64,000 bases of DNA from Octopus bimaculoides. Taxonomy: Eukaryota. Shown here piece by piece: positions 13,180-26,913 of this stretch. The notes beneath the pieces were generated by a model. The model ran no database searches, was not told where the DNA came from, and saw nothing but the letters and a program-made list of their open reading frames with translations. The position numbers and the translations under genes are program-made. The stretch covers positions 35,984,979-36,048,978 of the forward strand of contig NC_068986.1 of assembly GCF_001194135.2 (NCBI RefSeq). The letters run 5' to 3'. Numbering within the stretch: position 1 is the first letter of the stretch; each line of letters begins with the position of its first letter.

Positions 13180-13209
13180 TTTTCAAATTTTTGGACAAGT
13201 CTAGCAATT

Positions 13210-13380
13210 TTTGGGTGGTAATAGATGATTATATTAACCCCAGCATTTGACTGGTACTTTATTTTATCTCAACGTCGAAATGAAGGCAGACAAAATTAAA
13301 CTCAGAAGGTAAAGAACCAGAAGAAACGCCGCTAAACATTTTGTCTGTCGAACATGTTAATGATCCTAACAGTTAACTGC
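13210..13380 (-). mobile_element. Degenerate copy of the third SINE family inside the 497-nt BAIAP3 intron
   Basis: ccccagcatttgactggtactttattttatc...aaactcagaaggtaaagaac...gaaacgccgctaaacattttgtc resembles 48180-48310. Confidence 0.6.
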
Positions 13381-13594
13381 TTTATTAAATCAATAATGTT
13401 AATAACTCTGCCTTGGTTTAGGCACAAGGCTGGCAAATTTGTGAGTTTATGTTTAGGCGATACCATAGAAACCTTGTTCTGAACGGTATTTCATATAAGC
13501 GCCTGTATGAGTAATCAAAATGTGACATTATGACTTATATCATTTGAAAATCCAGATTAAATCCTATTATGTCTTATACAAGGTGTCAACTTAC

Positions 13595-13684
13595 TTCCTG
13601 CTTTGTTGGTTGATGCAGTTTAAGTTTTAAAGCAATCTGTTGCTCTGCTGGCAACGGTTTTTCGGCTTTCTTGGCTTCTTCGTG
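13595..13684 (-). CDS. BAIAP3: Preceding coding exon of the same gene (30 codons, phase 0-0): HEEAKKAEKPLPAEQQIALKLKLHQPTKQE
   Basis: 90 nt, open, acceptor ttttggtttttattgtag and donor GAA|gtaagt. Splices in frame over a 497-nt GT-AG intron (13098-13594) to the 12930-13097 exon. Confidence 0.85.
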
Positions 13685-14760
13685 CTACAATAAAAACCAA
13701 AATGAATATGCATGTGTAAACATAGAAACTGAATTAAAAATAAGTAAATATTAAAATCATATACAATAATGATTTTCAGCAAATATATTCCTTTATTGGT
13801 TTGAATAATTAGAGTTAACTGCTTTAAAGTGTTTTTTCTAGATTACATTTACCTATCTTATGAATATTGTAAGATGGAAGTGAGGAAATCTTTGGCAATC
13901 GACGAAATTTTGCGCCCAATAAAACTGGAAATCCCACTCATAAATTTTTCAAAAAATTCCAATGATCAGAAAAATTTTACAACTTAAGATTGTACCTCTG
14001 TTGTATTATTCATCAAAGATTGATGTCTAGATGATTTTAAAATGAGCAATATGATCAAAGTTTAACAAAATTTACTAAGTTCACAAAAAGAAAGGATCTA
14101 ACAACCTAGATGTTACAGAAGTATTGTGATTCTATGTTCGATTGTGATGGCTTTTTCTGGCTAAAGAACTAGTGTATATTCAGCCCTTCTAACGTTAGAT
14201 GAACATCTTCATATATTTCAAATTGACTATTTGACCTAAATTGATTATAGGACTTGTCATCTTTGGTCGATATGTAATCATTTAAGGGATACATGTCTGG
14301 TGATTGGCCTGGAAATTGAGACTGCCGAAAACCGCGTGAATGTTCCAAACTTTAGTCTAATCGAAGTTTATATCTGTATTATAAGTTATATTGTTGGCGA
14401 TTAGAATGTAATGGATAATAGCATATTGTAATATATTTCAGGATATTTAAGAAAATAAATTTCAAATCCTTACATTATTAATAGCATTGTCGAAAACTGA
14501 ATTTCCTGATTATGGTAACGGAACAAAAGCAATAATCACTGTTTTAACAATGTTCTATATTTGATGCTCAACACTTGCTTAGGACAACGGAAGGAATAAA
14601 GACAAGTCTATTGCATAAATTTGATTATACTAAGACTTGATATTATTTAAATAACAATCAATGTACACAGTATGTGGATATTCAAGGTGAGCTCTGATCC
14701 GCTGCATGCAAATGAGTTCATTACTGGGTCCAGAACTCTCGTGGGAAAAACATTCGCATC

Positions 14761-15030
14761 CACGCAAGGTAATCTATGGTAGACCAGCAGTCGCTCATGC
14801 AAGCCAGACTCTCCTCTCCATGTCACCGATATTATCCGAAGGAAAGACAAAGGCCGATATAGCCGGGCACCAGTGACATCGTACCTTATTCCTACAGCTT
14901 AGCGAACCAGAGTAACGTGAAAGAGAGTGTGTTGCTCAAGAATTCAACACACAAGCTGGTCTGGGAATCGAACCCATCATTTCTGGATTGTGAACCCTAA
15001 AATCTAATCACTGAGCCATGCACCTTCACA
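14761..15030 (-). mobile_element. tRNA-derived SINE (second family)
   Basis: Reverse complement starts tgtgaaggtgcatggctcagtgattag...gggttcgattcccagaccagcttgtgtgttgaattcttgagcaacacactc, with A box TGGCTCAGTG and B box GGTTCGATTCC. Confidence 0.85.
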
Positions 15031-15048
15031 AACACATACCTACACATA

Positions 15049-15106
<58 letters not shown>

Positions 15107-15129
15107 CACAGATGAGATCCAATGATTCT

Positions 15130-15660
15130 CGGTGTAGAAGACACTTAGTAGTGCTCAAAATATTCAAATTTAGATTCCTATATCTTTACAAGGGATCGAT
15201 TCCGTAAAGAATGGCGTTGAGGGGATATAGAAGCAATTATGCAAATATGCAAATTAGGTACAAACTCGCAACATGGGAGAAAGCAAAAGTGGAGACATTC
15301 AGATGACGAATTTGTAAGTTTAAATATATAGATATGTATCTATTTATATCAATAGGTCCAACTTACACAGAGTACAGACGACAGTGAAAATTAAAAGGGG
15401 TGAAAGAAAAGTATTACAAGTCTAACAGCTGTTTTTGCGGCTTCTGAGATCCATAATAATATTTGTAGATGTAATTCATCACAATACGTGTCCGTGATGG
15501 TTACAATCAACATTGAGTGAGACGGGACTCCATCATAAGGGTAGAGAAAATCTTACATTTATTTCTTAATGCAGAGAACTTCAAAGATGGAATGATTGAA
15601 TGTGGATAGGTGGAGAAATGGGAATACAGCTATACTTAAATTACTCAACTAAGAGTCTAT
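15130..15660 (-). mobile_element. Penelope-like LTR remnant
   Basis: Adjacent to (TA)n. Carries aacagctgtt (15424-15433) and a ccatcataagg motif (15530-15540), a decayed version of the terminal motif seen at 19226-19273. Confidence 0.4.
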
Positions 15661-15746
15661 CACAATCGATAGCAGAAACAGCGTGTTTGTCTTGAGAATC
15701 GAGTTTCAGGTTACTGTTTCACGCGATGATCACGGTGGCGTGAAAC

Positions 15747-15806
<60 letters not shown>

Positions 15807-15813
15807 TGTGTGT

Positions 15814-15849
<36 letters not shown>

Positions 15850-16398
15850 GTGAAGACATATATATAAATATATATATATGACATTTTGAATGAAGTGTTA
15901 CATTTGTTGAATCTTCGCTTCTATAATAAATCTCTGCTGAAAAATTGAATATGTACCAAAGAAATGAAGCCCAAATATTCTCTCTTCCCGATAGTTTTGC
16001 CACTGTTATCATTGAAGGTAATTATCAAGATTCAGTAATTATCAGTTCAATTAACAGTAAACGATAACTTATCTATTTTACACTTCTTGTATGTGAAGCA
16101 TTTTCTCAGCAAATTTCAGCTATCGATAATTCGTTCATTGAAGAACGTGAGAAAATTATCAAACAAAACGTGTGAATACATGGAGTTGAAGATATATGTA
16201 AGCAACAAATTAAACTAATAACAAACACCAGATGGATGGAATATAACACCGTTGTTTCTTGTTAAACGAGAGTATTAAGCATAAATACCGACTTTCATCA
16301 ACAAAATACTTGAAGGAAGCGATTTAGTATGGTAGCTGTTCACCAAATGACTCATTAAAAGGAATATAGTAAATTTACACGTATGAAATAAAGAAATT

Positions 16399-16442
<44 letters not shown>

Positions 16443-16459
16443 AAACTCGCACAGTCAGT

Positions 16460-17150
16460 CTAGGAAACATCTGATGCTACGCTCTGACAGAAAGATCTAA
16501 GTGCCATCTATACATGGGCTGAGGATAACAACATGCAATTTAATGCAAGTAAATTCCAGGCCCTTCGCTATCAGTTATGCGCTGCTCAGGAATCACGACA
16601 TCAGTACGTTGGACCAAGTGGAGCAACAATCCCAGAATCTAATACGGTGCGTGATCTTGGAATAGAAATGAGCAACAATGCCTCATTTCACACACATATC
16701 AACAAAATGGTAGCAGTATCCAGAAGACTGGCCGGTTGGATTCTGAGAACATTCCGGACAAGGTACTGATAAACTATGATGACACTATGGAAGACATTTA
16801 TCCTCAGCCGGGTGGACTACTGCTCTCAGCTATGGTCACCCTCTACTATAAGTACGAGAGCAGAGCTTGAAGCAGTTCATCGACATTACACAAAGAAAAT
16901 TGCATCAATGGAACGACTGAGCTACTGGGACAGATTGAAAGAGCTACGACTCTATTCCCTGGAAGGAAGGGGGAGAGGTATGCAGTGGGATGTATATGGA
17001 AGATACTGGAAGGACTGGTACCAAACTTTGGAATAAAGAGCTATACCAGACCACTGTGCTGTCTCCACTGTGCCGACTGTTTAATCTCGGGCAAGGACGA
17101 TGTACTGAAATAGCGTGGGTTTCAAGGGCTGTTTAACTGTCTGCCTCCAT
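16460..17150 (+). mobile_element. 5'-truncated CR1-clade LINE, C-terminal reverse-transcriptase region with disabling mutations
   Basis: Translates to KDLSAIYTWAEDNNMQFNASKFQALRY...VRDLGIEMSNNASFHTHINKMV...ILRTFRTR and MMTLWKTFILSRVDYCSQLWSP...LEAVHRHYTKKI...LSYWDRLKELRLYSLE, typical CR1 RT C-terminal motifs. A frameshift or stop separates track ORFs 16533-16769 and 16776-17036. Confidence 0.92.
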
Positions 17151-18382
17151 GGAGTGGATGTAGTCCCATAAAATTCGTCAATTTTATTAACTATAACTGA
17201 GTTACAGTTAATATCCAACTTGACTCACATCACTTCCTCACAGGGATACAAAAATAAAGCAAAGCCGAACATGGATCACCCCTAATAAGGCATTTTATTG
17301 AGTTGTCATGACAGCATCGGGGAAAATTAAGACTGATTCAAAATGTGCATGTTTCCTCTCATCCACACCTATTAAAATACAGTCATAAGAAATATCCCTA
17401 TATAAAATCGATTCACAAATTTCAAAAATATGTTTCTTATCATCGTAAACGAAAGCAAGCGATTTAACACTGAAAAAGTAAATATAACGCAGTAAATATG
17501 GAGAAAAGTATGATTATATAAATGCGAAAAACATACTGCAATAAATAAATAAACATTAGAAAAAACAGTTTGGGTTAGATGTGTGATTGTACGATCTTAA
17601 ATACATCGTTGAAGTAATAAAGTAGAATTTTCGAGTTGAACACGATTAGAAATATTTTCTCCACTGGAAGCACCACCGAACGCAAATACAATTTTATTGG
17701 GAGAGCATCGTTGAGAAACCAAAGTATAGAGCACAACTTAAATAGATGAGAATGGAAAGGAGAAAGAAAAGAGATTAAGAAAATCACCAATATTTTTTAG
17801 TAGTAAGACCTGATAATTTTCAAACAATAGAGATTGTTAGCTCCTGAAATCCATATAGTCTTCAAATTCTTGCACGGAGCTTAACCACTATCTATTTATT
17901 TACAGCTGCCCTATAAAACCCATGATCCAATGAATTACAAGAGGGAACAGTATCAACTCGAGAAATATTTCTAGAAGACCAAATAATAATACTTCCCAGA
18001 TCCCAAATGTCTCTCAACAATGTACATAAAGCATTTATGTATACACTGAACAATAGACTGATTACATATTATTGCAGAATTATTTTGGTAGAATACTTGA
18101 GAGAGTGTTATAAATGTATATAAAGAACAACTGGGAATTATATCACTGAAAGTCTTTTGACAGCAACTATGGATCTTCTATACGAAAATAACATATGCTG
18201 CCAAAATGGAAAACATTAAGAGCACAAAAATGATTGAGAAAATTAAAGAATAAATATTGCTTGAAGAACAAAGATTTTCAGCCAAAATTTCGTGTTACCT
18301 TACACTAACAAGTCTCTTAAAGCAAAACAACATTCATTACCAATAATTTGAAGGTCATAAACCACTCCTTTTTATGGATCAT

Positions 18383-18421
<39 letters not shown>

Positions 18422-19156
18422 AGACGCAATATCCATCGGAGAATCTATTCAGAATTCTACATGAACACATCATTGATATCAAAATACGCATGGTTTGAGG
18501 AAAGTGTCCTAAATCAATAATAGTTATATTAAATACAGCATAAGAAATAATCGATTACGTCATTTGCAGCTACCTAGTTCTTGCAAAGACTCAACATTTC
18601 CTGAGGCATAAACACGAGTTAGTAGCAATATCCATTGAACAATATTTAGGCACTCCCACATCAAAACGTGAAAGTAAATAACATAAATACTTACCAAATC
18701 TTATATATAAGAACACCTTGGTTATTATAGCTGATGTCTTTGAAGATGAAGACGATGATTAAAGGGAACTCTTAGATGTAATAATCAAAGGAAATATATT
18801 TACTGTTCGATAGAAATCTTGATGTATTCCGACCACATTATCACTCATTAACACAAAGAAAATCTGCTAATGTGTAAGGAAATAGGGAAAACGTGGGAAG
18901 GAGAATAAAAGTAAGGCAAATAAAGAAGACTCACGGTGTGTGATAAAAGAAAATAACTGGAATGAAAATATCTGCATTTGTAGGGCACCTAAGTTTATAT
19001 ATATATATATATATATATATGAGATGTTTTGGTATCCAGAAGACCCAAAAAGCAGGTAAGGCTATGTAAGCGCTACGGAGGGACCGCTGTTAAGCTCCCT
19101 GTTCAATAATAGCATGAGTGAGGATTCTAGGGCAGGACATGTGTGAGGGTGTATAT

Positions 19157-19394
19157 TTTAAATAAAATAAGATAACGGGGCCAAGGCAATTTGATATTCC
19201 TAGCATATTTATAAGTAGAGAGGTGGTCTTACAGCTGTTTCAGGGAAATAAATGATATCACATCATCAGAGACGTGTTAAAAGAGCTTCAAGCTCTTTTA
19301 ACTGGGATATCATTTATTTCCTGAAACAGCTGTAAGTCTACCTTTCTAATTTCTAGGAATATAAAATTGCCTTGGCCTTGTTATTTTATTTAAA
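19157..19394. repeat. ~240 bp imperfect inverted repeat (foldback) derived from a Penelope-like LTR
   Basis: Perfect 13-bp centre gttaaaagagctt-c-aagctcttttaac (19276-19302). The arms also share tttaaataaaataa, ggccaaggcaattt, atattcctag and cttacagctgtttcagg/aaataaatgatatc in opposite orientation. Confidence 0.9.
19226..19273 (-). ncRNA. Minimal type I hammerhead ribozyme-like motif (Penelope type)
   Basis: Minus-strand RNA GUCU-CUGAUGA-UGUGAUAUCAUUUAUUUCCCU-GAAAC-AGCU-GUA-AGAC: intact CUGANGA and GAAA boxes, 4-bp stem I (GUCU/AGAC), palindromic AGCU loop in stem III, GUA cleavage triplet. Stem II is weakened. Confidence 0.65.
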
Positions 19395-22300
19395 TCACAC
19401 ACACACACACATACACTCACGCACATACACACACTCACATGCACACGTTTAAAATGTAGCCCAAATGAAAGCAGTTCCCATTTGAAATACACCTTCAGTT
19501 ATCTGGCATTAGATATAACCTATACCTATTCATCAGAATAAACCTCCACTAATGTAAAACTCTCTCCCATCTAAAAAAAATGGACTTAATGATTTATGAA
19601 CACTAAACATTTCTACATATCAATATAAATTCTTTCGGAACATTTTGCAGTACGCCGCGTGGTGTAGTGAAAGCTCCGAATGAGGCTACTGACAAGAAAT
19701 AAGAATAACCGTTTTAAATTTGGAAACATGACCACATTTATTCGAGATTATTGTAGTTTATTATGAATTGCAGCCCTTGAATAACTCTCTGTTTTGCACA
19801 TTCGACATAAATTGAAGTATATAATGCATATATTCTGTCTGGAGAATTTGAACTCAAAACCGCATAACTCATTGAAGTTTAGTTTTCTTACGCTAGTAAT
19901 CCTATGGAAAACATCAAAATTACTTCTTGTACAATTACCGCCCACTAAATGAATTTACGCATTGCATAAATAAATAAATAAATAAATAAATAAAGAATTT
20001 TCTTTGAAGAATATCGGCAGCAAAAATACATATTTCACATTGAAATTTAAATGTGATTATGTTTATATAATTTTAAATTAAATGTCATAAAAAATAAATC
20101 TTTTATACGAAGACAAATTACAACATTCCTTGTCGTTTAATTTCACGCTACAAAGATATTAATACACATTTAAAATAGCCCTTTCTTGAGTAAAGTAACT
20201 ATGGAAATCCAAGATCTGTTTAATGCTACGTATTAGAAAATAAAATTAAATAATAGTTTATGAATCTGATTATACTTTTGGTGAATCAGTTGTAATGAAT
20301 AGAGAGACAATACAATGTACATGAAAGCTAACATTTTGAATAGATTGAAAATTTAATTTAAGAATTATGACTAATTCTACAGATGCAAGAGAATTGGATT
20401 AGTTAATTACCACATAATAATATAATGATTACTTATAACGCGCAGCAAAAAGTAAATAAGAATATACACAACTGATGAACATATGAATGAAACTAATTAA
20501 CATTGTCTTTATAAATAATAGATACCATAAATTTTGAAATAACTGCTTTCTGATTCACCGCACACAGCTTAACCGTATTTAGTAAATGAAGCAACACGAA
20601 GTTGGAAATTTTGACATAGCAGTATAAGGCAAAGGAAATTATATTATTTGTAGATAAGTATTCGCGGACTATGAGTTTATCGAGAATATTCCTTTCGTTT
20701 AGCTTGCACGATTTGAGATTGGTTTTAATTTTTCACATTTAATATACCCAATGCATATAAATATATAGTTAAGCTAGAAGAAATGTGGAGCTATGAATTA
20801 ATACAAATCTTAATCATAAGAGAGAAGGCAGTAACCATTATTTTTTGCATGATAACTGGAAGAGAAGTAGTTACGCTTAGATAGAAAACCTGACAAGATT
20901 GCAATCAGCGGACTATAATTCTATAAGGACCTTATAGTGCAGGTGGTGATGTTAAAAGCAACTTGTTTCTGTACTCCTCAATTGCATTTTAGAGCGCTAG
21001 TCATAAGGTTATTGTGTTCAGAGTTTTCGTAAGTACTCATTTCTTAAATAAATGTTACACCAGCGAAACCAAGAATAAAAAAACTGTTTGCGGAATCAGG
21101 TTGCTGTTACCTTACTTCCATACATTTAAGTTTTATTAAGTAAATCTTCTCTAATGTATATATTTTTGAATTAATTAAAAATGTATTAGTAAACATATTA
21201 AAAGATGAATAATCTCGATAATGCAATAATTTGATACATTTGGTACATTGTTTCCAAGAATACTGTTTCAAGGAATACATCGTCCTAAATTTCTATTTAT
21301 TTTAGACGGTAAACTGTAGCCCAATGTTGTTCATAATGCTTGCAAATTAGCCAACCACAATAATGATCATTCATTATCACAGACCTTTTCTGTTAATGAA
21401 AGGTAAATTGGAATTAGATTATTCCTACTTTTCCAGAAGACATTAGAATTGTAAATTAACTGAAATAGTTTCATTAGAGAATTCCAGTCCCTCTTTGGTC
21501 TTCGTTTTCGAGGAAATTATGCAATAATTTTGTTGCTATTGAATTTTAAATTTCTAGTCAGTTAGCCATATATCACTTATCTTTGTCGATTATCTTCAGA
21601 AAGTTATCTACTGTATATATACATATCACCAGAATCTAGTTTATGTATATATATATATATATATATATATAGCACACCGAGTATATTTGTCTTTCTGCAA
21701 TCTTTAGTATAAAAGTTAACAAGATCATCAAAATTACAAACGAACGCAAGTCTGCATCTACTTATCATGTTTCATTGTTTTCTAGAAAACGTTTCTATCC
21801 ATATAATTTTCAAATTGAGTAAGGAGATAGTGCAACGCGGATGGACCAGAATCATTGAACTGTATACTGAATCATATCTGCGACCGTCAAATGGAACAAC
21901 TTAATTCGCTACCTATCTACTAGATATAACAGCCAAGTCACTGAACGTCACATTGTATCACCTAAATATAAATGATTGGTGCATTGGCCAGTGTAGTCCT
22001 AGATACACAAAAAGACTAACGAGTGCTTTCGTATGATGAAGTGCAACGCCCTTCACCGTAAGCCCGATCAAACTAAGTATATGGGAAAAATATCAATTAT
22101 CTTCCATCTAATCACCAGGATATTACTGGAAAAAATTTGTCAACGGTAAAGGATAATACACAAAAGTTGCCTCAGCACTATTTGGACTCAGAGGAGGGAA
22201 TGACGAAGCAAAATATTTCGACGCATTTGGTTTCCAGTTTAGTCAACTTATTAATATTATTCTCTTATCGATACTAATTTAAGTAATACATTCTATGCTA

Positions 22301-25300
22301 AATGCATATATTGCATTTTAAATCAACCAACAGTTATACCATAAATCTTCCAATGTTTTCTAGAATATGTTTTTTCAATAAAATTATTCCCAGAGAATAA
22401 CAGGAACAAATCAGAAAGTAAAACGAATAATCGGAGTAGTAAACGGTGTTAGAACTAACATACAAAGCTGTCGCACAAACCTGAAAATATGACACGTTTT
22501 CCCAAATTAAGGTGAGATAAGTAATCTACAAAGATCAAGACAAAAGAGTTAAGGAGAAAAGAAACAGACAAAACATATGTGAAATTAGGGAGTTGATAAG
22601 ACATCGACGAATCGACGAATATAATAGAGTAATTATGTAAGGAATAGATAATTTATTCAAATGATAAAGGAAGTTTGTAGTAATTACTGACTGGCGGGCG
22701 TGTACTTTGTTTATAATCACACAAACGGTAAATATCGTGTTAATTACTAAATAACACAATTGGAATGTTATGAATATAGTAAGGTGTAGTTAAATAAAGC
22801 AAATATAAAGTCAACAATACTGAAAGTAGATTGTAATGTATTCATGATCGTCACAAGGAATTATTAATATATTCCAATATTGTACATGCACTAACTGATT
22901 GTTAAGTTATGATCGGTTAGCATGTCTACGATTCCAGGTTTAAGAAAGCAACGTTACTTCGGTAGGCTTTTCATATTACAACCAGCTAAGAAAGTGATAA
23001 TATTCTGCGCTCTATATAGTGATATCATAGTACAAAGTATTAATATTGTTTGCACATAAACGTTTTAGCACATTTTAAACACATACTTACAACATGAAAT
23101 TAAAGAGGTTTTAGTTTTTATAATCTATATCAGCTTATGAAAGTAATCAGAACTAAAATTTTCTCTTTACATGTGATAATAGTTTCCCAATGTATCTTCC
23201 TCTAGTTACACGCATAATTATACGTTTTGAGTAGGAAATGTAAAGCTGCAGTCATGTACGTTCTTATAATTAATACTTAACTAATACTATATCAACTAAT
23301 TAAGTCTAACTGTTATGGCGTGTTTTGCATATATTATAGGTGGCGGCACGTATCGACATAATGCACTTCAGGTGTCGCTACGTTATGAATTAAAAAAAAC
23401 AAATAATGTATTATCACGAGGTCTTGCATCTCTCTGTATTCACAGATATATCTCAGTGCTTCGAATTTAATAAAGTGAAACAAGTAGTTGACCGGTTTAG
23501 TTTCCCATTGCCGTCACCGAGTCTTTAGAAATTGAACCATACAGTATTATTTTTAAATAAACTAAATTTTGCATTTTGAAATCTATATGTATATTTGTCA
23601 TAAACATTGTACCGAATTAAAGAAATAACGAAATAACGATGATTCATTTCTAGAAATAATCTATTTTTAGTTTTAGCTATACTACTTCAGAGGTTATTAA
23701 GGTGAAGTGCAATGTTCATTTATAGGAAATGAATTAGTATTGTGTTTTGGGAATAATAACTTCATCGACTATAGGTCTCAATTAGTTTATTATATGTAGT
23801 TTATTATATGTGTGTACGTTACACTAAGGCAATTAACACAATGGGTTTCGTACAAAAAATACCGGTTACCTGTATTATCTCCAATGTTTGCTACATTGCT
23901 GATATCCATTGCTACTGACATGCACAAACACACGTGCACGTATTTGATGCGCTTCCATACAATTTCCATCTACTCAATTGCTCTCAAAAGCTCGTTGGTG
24001 GTGACGAGGGACAAACTGACACCATAGAATAAATTTAACCAACAGGTGGCAGCTGTGGGATTGAGACTAGAAACACGTGTTTGCAAACTAAACTATTGAG
24101 CCATAAAGATATTCTCGAACCAATTTAATAAAGGTCTTAGTTTCCAAATTCTAATATTTCTAGGGTTGAAATTTCTCACATCACCATACTGGTGGTGTCG
24201 ATCTAAGTTACCATCGGTAAGACCTATGTTACTAAACGATTATACCTGAAACTCTGAGTTACTAATCGTTATTCTAAATATTGAATAACTGCTTGAATCT
24301 AAATTTTATATCTTCGTTTATTTTGGAAAAAGACCAGAATCAGACGACTATGATTCAGTATAGTCCTACTTAATTTTTCTGTAGGTTTTCTGAAATCATA
24401 TTAATCTGTCATATTTACAGAAATATGTCTCGCTCAACTCCTATGAACTATGAATAATTCTGAATAGAAATCGTAGCATTGCATAGTCACTAAGAAAGAT
24501 TGTGGTCATTTACACAGGGGAATTTTATGATTCAGAAAACACGAACATTTCCCTTTGCAGACTCAATTTTATCTACATTATTTTATGTATATTATTCTGA
24601 TTCTTTTTAGCGACAGTATCCATTAGCAAACTTGTTTAATCACATTTTATTTATTTTTTATTATGGAATAGTAGATTCTTATATTTATGATCGAATAAGT
24701 TAAAAAAATATATAAAAATAACTATGTATTCTAACATACAGAAACACCAAGAGAATAACTTTTCTGCTATAATGCATTTCAACTGTACCTAGAGTTACTT
24801 GTTTCCTCTATTATATCGTTGTCACCTTTATGAAGCAAGTTGATCATATATCTACAGTGAACCTACGCTTGTATTTAGTGATAACAATAAAACATTCTGA
24901 AGCGTTCTATATCAGCTGCATAGTTCTTGTTTGTATTTTGTGAATTGAATACATAGTAAAAAAATCAAACAAAAACAAATATACATGTGATATCATCCAA
25001 CATGAAGCTGTCCACTGTATTTTTACTCAAACCCGCAGGAATTAAATAAAGGATTTCACTACAAGGCACTCATTAAATAATTATGCCAACCCTTGAGATA
25101 CATACTTGCATTTGTTGAGTATAATCATTAAAAGAAATATCTAGTGCATGTTTATATTATCATATATTATTTTTATGGTTACAAATATTATTCGTTGGTG
25201 TGGAGATGTGAAGGAGATGAAAGAATATAAGAACCCCCTTGTCTTATAATACATGATTCTCTTTTCTAATAAAATGGTTATTTCATTCGTTATCATCATA

Positions 25301-26254
25301 CTTTCGCTCACGTGGTATACTTTCTTCTTTTTTCTTCCAAAGTTGTTTTCAGGCAAATAAGATCCAGGGAAATTTTTTATAAACTAAAAGACTGCGTCGC
25401 GGAACAGCTAATGTTTTGACATAAAGACTGGTAAATTTAATTTTCATTTATTTGCTCGCTAAGCTGTCAAAATTTTCATCGCTATGTAAAGTTGACACTG
25501 ATCTAGCTGCATGGGTGCGACGAAAATGTTGATACCGCAGGAAAAATTTATAAGTATACAATTTACCAGGTTTGATGCATTTAAAACACTAAATCAGTTC
25601 TAAAAAGCAAAATAATTGTTTTTGATTAAGGCATAAAGCCAGCGATATTGGGTGGGGGGTAGAATATTAGTAGAATACTTCAATCAAGTCCTTGGCTATA
25701 ACTTTTATCATACCGGAAAAGGAAAGGCAAATTTGACAGGAGTGGAATTAGAGCTGCAGCAAAGCGTTTTTCCTGCGCTCTACAGATTCTTCTATTTCGC
25801 TGCATTACACTGAGCTAGTAATGCAATTAAGAGATATATTCGTTGTTCTATAACTCATTATGACGTTTGATTAATTCTGAGCATTTTCATTTCACGTAGT
25901 GATACAATGAAAAATGAATCCCAAGAGTAAATTCCAAATCAGCAATGAATATAGACTAAAAAAGCTTAGCCATTGTGGGACACCATCTAATAAATAATTG
26001 GTTGCTCGAAGCCTTGACAACAACATTCTTCTGCTACTAGAGCAGAACATTTGATAACATACGGCATAAAAAAAAAACATACAGTAGTAGAAAGTTCATT
26101 GTTACTATGTAGCTTAATCATATTATTCTGTTCATAAACGGGAGAAAGGTGTAATTATGATAGCAAATATAAAATAAAGAACTGTATATTACAAAAAAGA
26201 TTCTAATTTGCTCTTCGTCTAGCACCGGTGTATAATTTTGCTTATTTACGAACG

Positions 26255-26700
26255 CATATGTGGCGATGTGGCTGGGGATTTCGCTTCAAAATAATGACTT
26301 CCTAGTTTTCATTACCCTTCACGGAAACTAAAGTAGCGTACATGTATTTCACCATATCATCAGGTTCTCTAATACCTTACGAAATTGGCAGACGATAATT
26401 GAGCGAGGTTTCTCGTGTGTATCGATGCACACATACACCCACTCACACACCTACATATAGATGTAAGTATGTATGTGGAGTGCGTATGTATTTCTAATTT
26501 GTGAGTGACTTCACATCATGAATCTATGTGGGTAAGAGTTGTCAGGTGTAAACATCAGCAAAATACATCGTGTTATAGATGCACACACGTCACTTTCGCC
26601 GCTAGAAATGCGACTGACCGACATTTAGTTTCTCCTGGCTTTAAACTTTCGATTACTGCCAACGCAAATGGAGCAGAGATAAGAACTAAGAAGGAAACTG
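26255..26700 (+). mobile_element. Old, degenerate SINE copy with internal microsatellite
   Basis: Degenerate tRNA-like head (tggcgatgtggctggggatttcgcttc), central CA/TA tract and 3' part (gcgactgaccgacatttagtttctcctggc...gataagaactaag), loosely collinear with 54538-54945. Confidence 0.45.
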
Positions 26701-26881
26701 GTGCAATTTAATCAAATGTTTTCTCCATAAATATGAGGCACTGTCCCTATGTTCATTGCCGATGTTATTGCTACTTACTGACAATTAAAACCACGAAGAC
26801 AAGGCCATGTAATAATATGATCAAGAAAACCGGACTCATAGAAATACCTGCACATTCTCTCTGAAATCACACCTTACCACC

Positions 26882-26885
<4 letters not shown>

Positions 26886-26913
<28 letters not shown>

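Noticed and set aside
13856-13965. Minus-strand LEFFEKFMSGISSFIGRK, resembling the expected FFExF motif
   Set aside because: The rest does not match the family motif, there is an in-frame stop before the donor, and no good acceptor.
15905-15940. NAGNAG acceptor tttttcagcag followed by a short segment and gtaaca
   Set aside because: Weak donor, and a length and phase incompatible with the phase-0 exons.
18695-18870. Strong donor TTG|gtaagt on the minus strand with an upstream acceptor
   Set aside because: ATG-initiated frames stop before the donor, and there is no further support for a non-coding exon.
25141-25356. ORF MPENNFGRKKKK...
   Set aside because: Non-ATG start, no good donor, no recognised homology.
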